A stretch of DNA of 20,619 nucleotides from an uncultured Planctomycetia bacterium (GCA_964536865.1 CAZHYN010000005.1:56829-77447), one strand, 5' to 3'; positions 9,145 through 17,618 are shown, counted from the stretch's first letter. The notes: a model not told the origin generated them from the letters alone. Program-made: numbers and translations.

Positions 9145-9305
9145 CTTTCCTCCCTCTTTATTTTATACATCTTTTTCAAAAAGTCTGTGAAATTAAATTT
9201 CTAACTTTCCAAAGCACAAAAATAATAGATAGGTATTTTCTCCTGAGGTATTGAATTAGACGACGCATCCTACTTTCAGAAACGGCTCTTTTGGAAAGAT
9301 AGAAG

Positions 9306-9333
9306 ATTTTAGAAAAAATTCTTAAACTATCAA
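9306..9333 (-). promoter_or_regulatory. Candidate promoter TTGATA-16-TAAAAT for the beta-propeller/manC/GT9 operon
   Basis: Minus-strand -35 at 9328-9333 and -10 at 9306-9311 inside the 280-bp intergenic gap. AT-rich context makes chance matches common. Confidence 0.3.
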
Positions 9334-9400
9334 GCATAAGTAAAGAATTATCTCATTATCTCTCTCCAAGAGCAAGTTTTTTTATCTCAATATATTACCT

Positions 9401-9446
9401 CAAATGAGACAAAACAAGTCTGACTTAAAATGTCTCATTTGGAGGG
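9401..9446. repeat. 46-bp palindromic repeat, copy A (inverted partner at 19322-19367)
   Basis: caaatgagacaaaacaagtctgacttaaaatgtctcatttggaggg. Its reverse complement matches 19322-19367 at 45/46 positions. Internal hairpin AAATGAGACA/TGTCTCATTT. It overlaps the last 6 codons and the stop of the GT2 gene. Confidence 0.9.
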
Positions 9447-10240
9447 GTTTTGTGGTGTTTAATCAGCTCTTTATACTTAGCATAACTTACAATTTGATAG
9501 AGAGAAGAAAAATAAGCCACCATAAAGCCAACAAAACCGTCACGATAACCTTTCTTTACTAAAAAAGTCCTTATGAATCTATCTAACATCCTCCATAAGA
9601 CGTGAATTAGATTCATCTTATAATGAGCTTTCTTAGGATTTACTAAGGATAACTTATACCATTTAATTGCTTCTAAGGTAGTTTGCTTATTAACTTTATT
9701 TAAAAAATCTCCCCAATTTCTATAGGTGTAATGAATAAGGGGATTTTTTAGATGTCCACAACTACCCTCCAAAAACGCTTTAGGATGAACTTCTACCTCC
9801 TCCCACTTAAACTTATCCTTCCTAAATAATTTTATCTGAGGGGCAGGGTATAACCCTCCCCATCTTATCCAGTAATTTCCTATAAAGTTTTTGCGTGGTA
9901 CAGTATAAGCACTGTGGGAAGGGCTCGAACTTAAAACTTCAATAATTTCCTTCTTTAACTCCGGAGTTAACCTTTCGTCAGCATCTAAACTAAACACCCA
10001 CTCATTTTTTGCCTGAGTATATGCCCAGTTTCTGTGCTTTCCTTCGATATCCATCTTCCTAAATAATACTTTTGCTCCTAAATTTTTGGCTATTTCAGGA
10101 GTCCTATCTGCTGACTCATCATCAACTACAATAACCTCATCCGCCCAATCCAAAACAGATTTTATACACTCAGCAATTCTTTCCTCCTCATTCTTGGTTA
10201 AAATTACCACAGAAATAGCTTCTCTAACCATAACAGCCAA
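9425..10240 (-). CDS. Glycosyltransferase family 2
   Basis: ISVVILTKNEEERIAECIKSV...VVDDESADRT and LDADE (DxD) motifs. Confidence 0.8.
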   Translation of the reverse strand: MAVMVREAISVVILTKNEEERIAECIKSVLDWADEVIVVDDESADRTPEIAKNLGAKVLFRKMDIEGKHRNWAYTQAKNEWVFSLDADERLTPELKKEIIEVLSSSPSHSAYTVPRKNFIGNYWIRWGGLYPAPQIKLFRKDKFKWEEVEVHPKAFLEGSCGHLKNPLIHYTYRNWGDFLNKVNKQTTLEAIKWYKLSLVNPKKAHYKMNLIHVLWRMLDRFIRTFLVKKGYRDGFVGFMVAYFSSLYQIVSYAKYKELIKHHKTPPNETF

Positions 10241-11300
10241 AATGTTTTATCTCTCTTATTTTTTCTTCATCAAAGTCAGTTAATACTGGATACTTAAATT
10301 TATCTAAAAGCCAGTGCAAGCTTCTGCTTTTACTTATAATTAAATTATATCTCTTCTTCTTTTTTAAAATCTTAAAAACTAAGTCAAAAAGGTTATTAAA
10401 TTTTATAAATTCTATGCCGGAATGCTCAAAATGATTGCTCTCCTTAAAAATAGCCTCCCTCTCTTTATGAAGATTTTTAACGAAGAAGCGAACAAAATTA
10501 CCTTCTCGTGCTAAGTTTATCCCTCTATCTAAATTATCCAACAACTCTTTAAAATCTTCCACAATCCATGCCACCCTTAATATTTTACCCCACTTCTTTG
10601 TAAACTTTTCTCTACTTTTTGCAAAGACTTCCTCTTTTTCTTTAGGCCATTGTTTAAATGAGGCATGCTCCTGGTGCCATACATAAGAACCCTTAGCTAC
10701 CCCTATTAGGTAACCCGCACTTTTAGCTTTCATAGAGTAATCGGTATCCTCAAAAAACATAGGATGAAATTCTTCTGACAATCCTCCTATCTTTTCTATA
10801 ACCTCTCTTTTTATTACCATACAAAATCCTATACAGAAAGGCATCTCTACAAATACTCCGGTGTATCTAGCCTTTAGCTGCTGGGCAAATTCCTCTAAGG
10901 AAACACCTTTGGGTGGGTTAGCTCCTAAATTATTACTGTTAGGATTAAGAACCCCTACCTTAGGATGTTTTTCGAAAACAGATATTATCTCGGAAAGCCA
11001 ACCCTTAGTAAAAATTAAATCATTGTTAGCCAAACATACGTAAGGAGCACTGGATACGGTCAATCCTTGATTCATTCCTCCCACGAAACCTCGGTTTTCA
11101 TTATTTAAAATAATTTTTACTTTAAATTGATCTGTGCTGCGTAAACTTTCTAAATACTCTCTGGTACCATCTATGCTTGCATTATCAATTATGATTAACT
11201 GGGAAGGTAAGTATGTAGTGCGCAAGAGGCTCTCAACAAAACTTTTTATTATCTCTTTTTGATTCCACGTCAATACAATGATATCACATAAATACCTCAT
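10224..11300 (-). CDS. Glycosyltransferase family 2 with a ~120-aa C-terminal extension
   Basis: DIIVLTWNQ...IIIDNASIDGTREYL and ANNDLIFTKGWL motifs. 17-nt overlap with the downstream GT2 gene. Confidence 0.75.
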   Translation of the reverse strand: MRYLCDIIVLTWNQKEIIKSFVESLLRTTYLPSQLIIIDNASIDGTREYLESLRSTDQFKVKIILNNENRGFVGGMNQGLTVSSAPYVCLANNDLIFTKGWLSEIISVFEKHPKVGVLNPNSNNLGANPPKGVSLEEFAQQLKARYTGVFVEMPFCIGFCMVIKREVIEKIGGLSEEFHPMFFEDTDYSMKAKSAGYLIGVAKGSYVWHQEHASFKQWPKEKEEVFAKSREKFTKKWGKILRVAWIVEDFKELLDNLDRGINLAREGNFVRFFVKNLHKEREAIFKESNHFEHSGIEFIKFNNLFDLVFKILKKKKRYNLIISKSRSLHWLLDKFKYPVLTDFDEEKIREIKHFGCYG

Positions 11301-12160
11301 ATCCTTAACTGGTTAAATTTCCCTCCAAACTTAAAAGCAATATAGTTAAACATCTTCTGTACACGGTGAAAATAGGTGTGGTTGGTAACTACTAACTCAT
11401 ATCCTGCCTTAGCAATTCTCTCTCTTTCTTCTTCGTTTTTTAAATAATACTCTATCAATTCTAAAAGTTCCTTATCATTTCTATACACTACCAAATGCTT
11501 TCCTGGAGTAAAAAGTTCCTCAAATCCATTGTTCTTAATATAATTAGTCAAAAGAAAACATCCGCAGGCCATTACCTCAAAAATACGCATATTGATATCA
11601 TTTCTTATAGAGGAGTTAAATCCAATCTTTGATGCACTATAAATCTCTGCCATTCTCCTAAAATCTGCTTCGCCAATAAAACTGTTAGGATAAGTTTTCT
11701 TTAAAAGCTCTAAGTGTCTACCACGAGCAAATTTTTTAGCATCTCTACCTACAAAGCCAATGTCATAATTTTTTTCTAAATTTAATTTTTTATGGATTCT
11801 GGGTTCGCAACCTAAAGGAATCCACTGAGTATCTACCTTTGTCTCTCGATGCAACCTTTCTGCTCCCTCTTTCTGAGCACAAAAGACAACATCGTAATGA
11901 TATAGGTGTCTTCTAATCTTTTTATAAGGTTTTTTTAGATGAGTATCTATAGCATAAAAAATAGCCGGACGTAAATCAGGAGAGATGTCATACTTATAAT
12001 CCCCATGATCAATTCTGAAGTAGAGGTTAAACCCTTTAGGTATATTAGGGTCTTGGGTCCAGAAGTGTTGGTAGCTAATACCTGCTTCTTTTATGATTCT
12101 CTCTATATACGCTCCTGTAGTGGACTCACTTTCCTTATTATAAATTACCGCTATCCTCAT
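11297..12160 (-). CDS. CgeB-like / Glyco_trans_1_2-type glycosyltransferase family protein
   Basis: C-terminal pattern NMRIFEVMACGCFLLTN...ELF.PGKHLVVY...EL..LI.YYLKNEEERERIA..G...V...HTY..R resembles CgeB/DUF3880-type proteins. ATGA overlap with the next gene. Confidence 0.55.
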   Translation of the reverse strand: MRIAVIYNKESESTTGAYIERIIKEAGISYQHFWTQDPNIPKGFNLYFRIDHGDYKYDISPDLRPAIFYAIDTHLKKPYKKIRRHLYHYDVVFCAQKEGAERLHRETKVDTQWIPLGCEPRIHKKLNLEKNYDIGFVGRDAKKFARGRHLELLKKTYPNSFIGEADFRRMAEIYSASKIGFNSSIRNDINMRIFEVMACGCFLLTNYIKNNGFEELFTPGKHLVVYRNDKELLELIEYYLKNEEERERIAKAGYELVVTNHTYFHRVQKMFNYIAFKFGGKFNQLRI

Positions 12161-12232
12161 ACCATATCTATCCTATCTATGTTGGGTATTCTATGTCCAC
12201 TATCTATTAATCATTAAGAAGTTAATATACTT

Positions 12233-13342
12233 TTAACAAAGACCTTTACTTTCCAGCTTCTTGAAAGCTTCTCTGGTAAAATCAAAGGCCTCTTGAGTCT
12301 CTGACCAGTTAATTAATTTTTTCATCCCTTCTTTAAATGAAACCTTGGGCTTAAATCCTAACTTTTTAGAGATTTTTCTGGTATCTGCATAGCAGTGCCG
12401 GATATCTCCTGCTCTGAATTTATTTAAGATTTTAGGCTCCAAACCCTTTCGGTATAGAGAAATTATAGTCTGCGCAATGTCTAAGATAGTGCAAGGCTTG
12501 CCTCTACCTACATTAAAAAAATCAAAATCAGCTTCCTTTTTTTTCATCGCTAAAATATTTGCCTCAACAATATCAGAAACGTAGATAAAATCACGAGATT
12601 GTCTTCCATCTTCAAAAATTAGAGGCGCTCGGTTATTCTTTACTCGAGATAAAAATATTGCTGCCACTCCTGTATAAGGATTACTTAAAGATTGTCGGGG
12701 ACCATAAACGTTAAAGTAACGTAAAGCCACAACAGGAATCTTATAAGCTCTTCCCACTGCTAAACACATCTCTTCTTGAGACCGCTTAGTAACAGCGTAA
12801 ATAGATGTGGGAAATAAAGGTTTATCTTCAGAAGTAGGAATGGCTTCTACTTTTCTTTTGCACTTAGGACACCTCATCTCCCAATCACGCTTCTTTAGCT
12901 GAGTTTCTTCTCTTAATAAAGGATATACTATACCATCTTTTTTGCAACTGTAAGCTCCCTCCCCATATATAGACATACTGGAAGCTACAATAAGTTTTTT
13001 AACTTTATTTTTAGTATTAACAATTAAATCTAAGAGCATAGCTGTTCCTAAGGAGTTATGCTCAACATACTTACGGATTTCATACATAGATTGTCCTACT
13101 CCAACTTGAGAAGCCTGATGAAAAACTACGTCAACTCCTTTCAATGCCTTTTTTAATTTATCTCTATCTCTTATATCAGCGAAGATATATTCAGTGTCTC
13201 TTCTCAAATAAGAAGGCCTCTTACCCAAGTGAACTTGAGGTTCTAAAAGATCGTAAACCCTCACCTTGTGTCCTTCTTCCACTAACCTATCTACTAAGTG
13301 AGACCCAATAAACCCACATCCTCCAGTAACCAAAATACGCAT
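12233..13342 (-). CDS. NAD-dependent epimerase/dehydratase (extended SDR) with a Cys-containing insertion
   Basis: MRILVTGGCGFIGSHLV Rossmann motif and catalytic YAVTK (YxxxK). A ~35-aa insert (YSCKKDG...EMRCPKCKRKVEAIPTSE) lies between the SS.S.YG and YxxxK segments. Confidence 0.8.
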   Translation of the reverse strand: MRILVTGGCGFIGSHLVDRLVEEGHKVRVYDLLEPQVHLGKRPSYLRRDTEYIFADIRDRDKLKKALKGVDVVFHQASQVGVGQSMYEIRKYVEHNSLGTAMLLDLIVNTKNKVKKLIVASSMSIYGEGAYSCKKDGIVYPLLREETQLKKRDWEMRCPKCKRKVEAIPTSEDKPLFPTSIYAVTKRSQEEMCLAVGRAYKIPVVALRYFNVYGPRQSLSNPYTGVAAIFLSRVKNNRAPLIFEDGRQSRDFIYVSDIVEANILAMKKKEADFDFFNVGRGKPCTILDIAQTIISLYRKGLEPKILNKFRAGDIRHCYADTRKISKKLGFKPKVSFKEGMKKLINWSETQEAFDFTREAFKKLESKGLC

Positions 13343-13389
13343 TTACTCTCCTTTCTTTTTATTCTCCTAAAAAAGCCACTACTCAAGAA

Positions 13390-14394
13390 TTAGAACCAGG
13401 TTCTTACTCCTGCTCCAATAGATATCCCCTCCTTTCCTTTTAAGAGACGTAAAAAATATTCAAAATCTTTCTCAGAGAGACTCTCCCGCCTAAAAATTAT
13501 TTCTAATCCCACCGGCTTCCCTCTCTTATCCTTTAGAGTAAATTTTAGCTTCTTACCTCTATCTAACTTTACAACAGCTGTAAATTTAATTCTTTTTATT
13601 ATTCCCTCCCCATAATTCATTTCAAAAACTAATCCCAAGGACCTTTTTATCTTCCAAGTCCCATACAGAATAATTACCCTCTCTGTGTAAGATTTTGCCC
13701 AACCTATCCCCACTCTGTATTTGATTTTATTCTGAGTAGGATAAAGAGTGGGAGTCTGGATATGCGCACGAAATTCAAAATTTGACTTATCTTGAGCTCT
13801 AAAGCTGTAACCCAACCTATTAGATGAGATAATATTCCAAAAACCTTTAAAAACTAAAGTGTTTTTCTCTTTGGTCTTAAGTTTTTTATACTCATATATA
13901 ATGTGTTGGTTTTTGTTTAGATACCAACTTCCCCTGAATATGAGAGTATCAACAAAATCTTCTCTAACTACACTGAAGGCAATCCGGTTAAACTTATCCG
14001 AATGCCATAAACCCTTTAATTTTATAAAGTATACCTTACTTATACCCCGAGACCGCTTACATTTTATCTGAACCAGCAAAGAATCTCTTTTGGGAAACAA
14101 AATTCCTGTGCGAAGGATTAATCTCTTATTCTTTTTCTCTTCTCCGCTAATGTAAAAAACTAAATTATGGTCTTTATCTAAGCTCCATCTGCCCCTAAAC
14201 TTTATTTTATCTGGCAAAGAATAAGGAGAAGAGAAAGATTTGTCAACTTCGTATATAAGATTATTTCTTTCCACTTTAAACTCGCCAAAAACTGCCTCTA
14301 TTTTCTTAGAAAAAGGGCGCCTTACCAAAAGCTGATTCTCATTATTTACCGAAACCACAAAGAAATCATTTCTTTTTAAGTTAGAAGTATACAT
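13390..14394 (-). CDS. Hypothetical protein built of ~10 tandem ~29-31-aa beta-hairpin-like repeats, with no signal peptide
   Basis: Recurring h-x-F-[RK]-G-x-W-x-h...[ND]-x-h-x-h units: IKFRGRWSLDKDHNLVF, IKLKGLWHSDKFNRIAF, LIFRGSWYLNKNQHIIY, LVFKGFWNIISSNRLGY, ILYGTWKIKRSLGLVF. Ends in GAGVRTWF. No family recognised. Confidence 0.6.
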   Translation of the reverse strand: MYTSNLKRNDFFVVSVNNENQLLVRRPFSKKIEAVFGEFKVERNNLIYEVDKSFSSPYSLPDKIKFRGRWSLDKDHNLVFYISGEEKKNKRLILRTGILFPKRDSLLVQIKCKRSRGISKVYFIKLKGLWHSDKFNRIAFSVVREDFVDTLIFRGSWYLNKNQHIIYEYKKLKTKEKNTLVFKGFWNIISSNRLGYSFRAQDKSNFEFRAHIQTPTLYPTQNKIKYRVGIGWAKSYTERVIILYGTWKIKRSLGLVFEMNYGEGIIKRIKFTAVVKLDRGKKLKFTLKDKRGKPVGLEIIFRRESLSEKDFEYFLRLLKGKEGISIGAGVRTWF

Positions 14395-14412
14395 TCTATT
14401 CTCTTATTTGTT

Positions 14413-14934
14413 TCAGAATTCTATTTTCTTAATTCCTAAGACCTTACACAATCGAAATAATGTCTCTATTGTAATATTCTTTTTGCCTTCTTCGATCATA
14501 GAGATATCTGGTTGACTTATACCTACTTGCACACCTAACTCTTTCTGAGTTAAATTCTTTTGAACTCTGGCTTCTCTAATTACTTTACCAATTTTTAAAG
14601 ATATCTGCGAGGGTCTTCCTTTAAACTTTTTATACTTATTATAACCCTCTTTTTCTAAAAGAGATTCATAGATAGTCTGCCACCAGTCTCTGAAATCTGA
14701 ATAAGGTGCAATTTTCTTCCAGTAAGATTTTATCCTTGGCCAGTATTTAATAAAATTCTCTTGAGAGATTAAAGAAAATAATTCTTTAGGGCTATGACAG
14801 CGGGAAAGAAGAGCTACCATACGAGGGATAAACTTAGAATGTTTAGGGTTATCAATAATCTCTTCTATCTCTTTAAGTGCTTTTGCACTCAAATCCCAAA
14901 AATATTTTGAGTAGATGGAAATTTTTGATTTCAT
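14413..14934 (-). CDS. XRE-family HTH protein with a ~110-aa N-terminal domain of unknown function (putative antitoxin/regulator)
   Basis: C-terminal LTQKELGVQVGISQPDISMIEEGKKNITIETLFRLCKVLG is a canonical XRE HTH. 4-nt ATGA overlap with the upstream nucleotidyltransferase gene. Confidence 0.7.
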   Translation of the reverse strand: MKSKISIYSKYFWDLSAKALKEIEEIIDNPKHSKFIPRMVALLSRCHSPKELFSLISQENFIKYWPRIKSYWKKIAPYSDFRDWWQTIYESLLEKEGYNKYKKFKGRPSQISLKIGKVIREARVQKNLTQKELGVQVGISQPDISMIEEGKKNITIETLFRLCKVLGIKKIEF

Positions 14935-15641
14935 TTCAACACCTCTTCAATAAACTTCTTTATTTCATTTTCCAAATAAATAAGCATCTCTTTAGAATCA
15001 AATTTATCCTCATAAATATCTAAATCAAGTAAGGCTAACTTAAGGTCTTGCCGAGAAAATGTCCGATACCAATGAATCATCCCTCGCTGCAGGTGGTTGG
15101 AAACTTTTTGTAAAAACAGATGTAGAGGTTCGATTTTTTTAGAAAGCATATAGATATCAAAGACATCACGAGCTTCTCTCCGCCCCTCAAATATCCTTCT
15201 ACCTATCTCATCTAATTCTGGTTTCAATCCAGCAATAGCAACAATCTTCTGGAGATATATATTCTCTACATCATAAACTCTTACTCCCTTGAATTTTCTT
15301 ATACAAGGCTTAAGAACAACCATATCTTCAACAAAATCTATTTTTAAAGGTCTTTTTGTTCCCCTAACTGGAGCTATGTAAAATCTTACTCTAGCTTTTC
15401 CCTCAACACTTAACTCTTCCTTTAAGCTCATATTAGTACCAACTACTTTTTGAAAAGCAGATACTAACTTCTCTATTTCCGATATATTATATTTCGGAGA
15501 AAAAAAGTCTAAATCTGCAGAAAATCTATGATGTAAATAATAAAGTTCTAAAGCCGTACCTCCGGAAAGAGCAAAACTCTTTGCAAATTTTGAAAAGACT
15601 CCTAATATCTTTTTTTGAGCTTCTCTAATCTTTAAATCCAT
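14931..15641 (-). CDS. AbiEii/DUF1814-like nucleotidyltransferase (putative toxin)
   Basis: FALSGGTALELYYLHHRFSADLDFF resembles the AbiEii nucleotidyltransferase core (GGTAL...R.S.DLDFF). 236 aa. Confidence 0.6.
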   Translation of the reverse strand: MDLKIREAQKKILGVFSKFAKSFALSGGTALELYYLHHRFSADLDFFSPKYNISEIEKLVSAFQKVVGTNMSLKEELSVEGKARVRFYIAPVRGTKRPLKIDFVEDMVVLKPCIRKFKGVRVYDVENIYLQKIVAIAGLKPELDEIGRRIFEGRREARDVFDIYMLSKKIEPLHLFLQKVSNHLQRGMIHWYRTFSRQDLKLALLDLDIYEDKFDSKEMLIYLENEIKKFIEEVLK

Positions 15642-15646
15642 AATTA

Positions 15647-15703
15647 TATAGGTTATATACTATATCTAATATAGATTATAACCTATAAAAATCTTTTTGT
15701 CAA
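15647..15703 (-). promoter_or_regulatory. Consensus sigma70 promoter (TTGACA-17-TATAAT) overlapped by a perfect 11-bp inverted-repeat operator
   Basis: Minus-strand -35 TTGACA at 15698-15703, 17-nt spacer, -10 TATAAT at 15675-15680. Arms TATAGGTTATA (15677-15687) and TATAACCTATA (15647-15657) are separated by 19 bp and straddle the -10 and the likely transcription start. A third TATAACCTA half-site lies at 15760-15768. The ATG at 15641 has no obvious Shine-Dalgarno. Confidence 0.6.
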
Positions 15704-15784
15704 TGTAAAAAGCTAACTCTCTCTTATAAGAATAAATAAATATTTATTAGATTTTCCTCTATAACCTAGAGTTTATAACTGAAA

Positions 15785-16108
15785 CTACCGATAATATTCA
15801 TGAGACCATTTGTAATTCTCTTTCCATCTATATCCAGAAGTCCAAAAGATACCTTTTCTCTGCAGGAACTTTTTTTGAAGAAGTTTACAAATTTCTGCAA
15901 ACTTAGGATGTAATGTTGACTCTCTTCCCATAATACCTATTCCTCCTCTAAATCCCTCCAAAGAATCTATTGCTTTCTTGATTGTTTCCAAATCCATAAA
16001 ATAAGTCTTTTTGTGATGACCTATAAAAGGCGGGCAATTAGCACACTCTAAAAAACATGTATTAGTAATCTCAATCTGAATCAACCACATATCTCTAATT
16101 GCTTTCAT
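15785..16108 (-). pseudogene. Truncated radical-SAM enzyme remnant (107 aa)
   Basis: ITNTCFLECANC carries the CxxxCxxC cluster motif. The usual GGEP(T/L)LHP motif is degraded to GRESTLHP. The ORF stops after about one third of a normal radical-SAM domain. Confidence 0.6.
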
Positions 16109-16131
16109 AATGAGCTCTTTTTAGGTTGTTT
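16064..16131. repeat. 68-bp direct repeat, copy 1 (partner at 17551-17618)
   Basis: 66/68 identical to copy 2, with mismatches at 16066 and 16094. Contains the first 14-15 codons and 23 nt of leader of the radical-SAM remnant, plus the last 3 codons and stop of the ATPase gene. Confidence 0.9.
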
Positions 16132-17476
16132 TTAAAATTTCAGAAACACGCGGAACAAGGTAAAAGGGTAAAGAAATCAAATTAAACTTTTCTCCTAAAA
16201 ACTCCACCTTACTCTTTTCTAAGTTTCCACTATAAATACGGAAAATTATTGAATTTTCTACTTCTTTAGCAAAGATAAGCAAGGATTTCAATCTGCCTAT
16301 CGGTTTAGATTTTACCTCTATACCTACTATTTTTCCCTCCTTAGAAAAACAAAAGTCCACCTCTGCACTGCCCTCTTTTTTTTCTTTAGCCCAATAAAAA
16401 ATTTTGGGAAAGACATCAATATATTGAGAAATTAAATTCTGAGCAACTACTTGTTCAGCAATTCTTCCTCTATAAAAATCATCTAACTTTTCAATATGTA
16501 AAAGTTGATCTTGTAGACCCATCTGATAATTCACTAATCCCACGTCTAAAAAAATTAATTTCTTTGGTCTTTTCTTTTGAGCTACCAGAGGAAGTCTCCT
16601 TGACTTTATAGCATTTAATTGATAAAGGAGCATAACTTTCTCTAAAGTATCAAAAGATTTACTCATTTCTCTGCTTCTAAAGTTAGAACCACCAAATTTT
16701 TCATAAGTAATTAAATTTCCCACAAATAAAGGAGCGGTTTCAATTACATAACTTAGATATTTTGCCTCGGCTAAAGAAGAATATTTATAGACATCCTCAC
16801 AATAAGTAGTAAATAAAGAGTTATATATTGATTTTAAATCGTTCATATTATTGTTTCTTATAAAACTCTTTACCACTTCAGGCATTCCTCCCACCAAGGT
16901 ATACTCGTAAAATTTTTCTAAAGCCAATTTATGAATTCCTTCAGGAATTTTATCCTTTATCTTAACATTAAGCAAAAAATCTAAAAGCTCTTTTTCTTTC
17001 TTTGCCTCTAAATACTCAAAAAAATCTAAAGGATAAAGATAACAAAATTCTACTCTTCCTACAGGAAAGGAAAGTCCTTCTCTTCTTATTTTTGCTTCCA
17101 GAAGAGAACCTGCAGCAATTACATACCAGTCTTTCTTTTCTTCATAAAAAAACCTTAATAATTTAATTAAAGATGGGGCATTTTGAATTTCATCTATGAA
17201 AATAAGGCTCTGGTTAGGAATTATTTTCTTATTAAACTTTACTTTTATAATATCCTCAAATTCTTTTAGAGAAATATCTTTGCGAAATAATCTTAAATGT
17301 TCTATGTTATCCAAGTTTATATGGATAACTTCTTTAAAATATTTTTTACCAAATAATAAAACTGCACAAGTTTTACCCACCTGGCGTGCTCCTCTTACAA
17401 TTAGAGGCTTTCTTTCTTTTTTTTCTTTCCATTTCAAAAAGTAATTAATAATTTTCCTGTAGAACATATCAGGCAC
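16121..17476 (-). CDS. AAA+ ATPase of the DUF4143/COG1373 type
   Basis: Walker A GARQVGKT, Walker B LIFIDEIQ, and the typical N-terminus FYRKIINYFLKWKEKKERKPLIVRG. The ORF-track start is GTG at 17476. The ATG at 17467 (MFYRK...) is the more likely start. Confidence 0.75.
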   Translation of the reverse strand: MPDMFYRKIINYFLKWKEKKERKPLIVRGARQVGKTCAVLLFGKKYFKEVIHINLDNIEHLRLFRKDISLKEFEDIIKVKFNKKIIPNQSLIFIDEIQNAPSLIKLLRFFYEEKKDWYVIAAGSLLEAKIRREGLSFPVGRVEFCYLYPLDFFEYLEAKKEKELLDFLLNVKIKDKIPEGIHKLALEKFYEYTLVGGMPEVVKSFIRNNNMNDLKSIYNSLFTTYCEDVYKYSSLAEAKYLSYVIETAPLFVGNLITYEKFGGSNFRSREMSKSFDTLEKVMLLYQLNAIKSRRLPLVAQKKRPKKLIFLDVGLVNYQMGLQDQLLHIEKLDDFYRGRIAEQVVAQNLISQYIDVFPKIFYWAKEKKEGSAEVDFCFSKEGKIVGIEVKSKPIGRLKSLLIFAKEVENSIIFRIYSGNLEKSKVEFLGEKFNLISLPFYLVPRVSEILKTT

Positions 17477-17550
17477 TATTTGTATTAACTTAGTACTAAT
17501 TTACTACAAATTATGTAATAATTCAATAGTTAATTTAGTAAAATTGGGTG

Positions 17551-17618
17551 AGCAATCTCAATCTGAATCAACCACATATCCCTAATTGCTTTCATAATGA
17601 GCTCTTTTTAGGTTGTTT
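17551..17618. repeat. 68-bp direct repeat, copy 2, carrying an orphan 5' fragment of the radical-SAM gene
   Basis: Same leader and ATG (17595) as copy 1. Reads MKAIRDMWLIQIEI, then diverges and stops after 21 codons (17530-17595). Confidence 0.9.

Noticed and set aside
12161-12232. Repeated ATAGATAG-like motifs between the epimerase and the CgeB-like gene
   Set aside because: These are short, AT-rich and imperfect. They cannot be told apart from chance in this composition.
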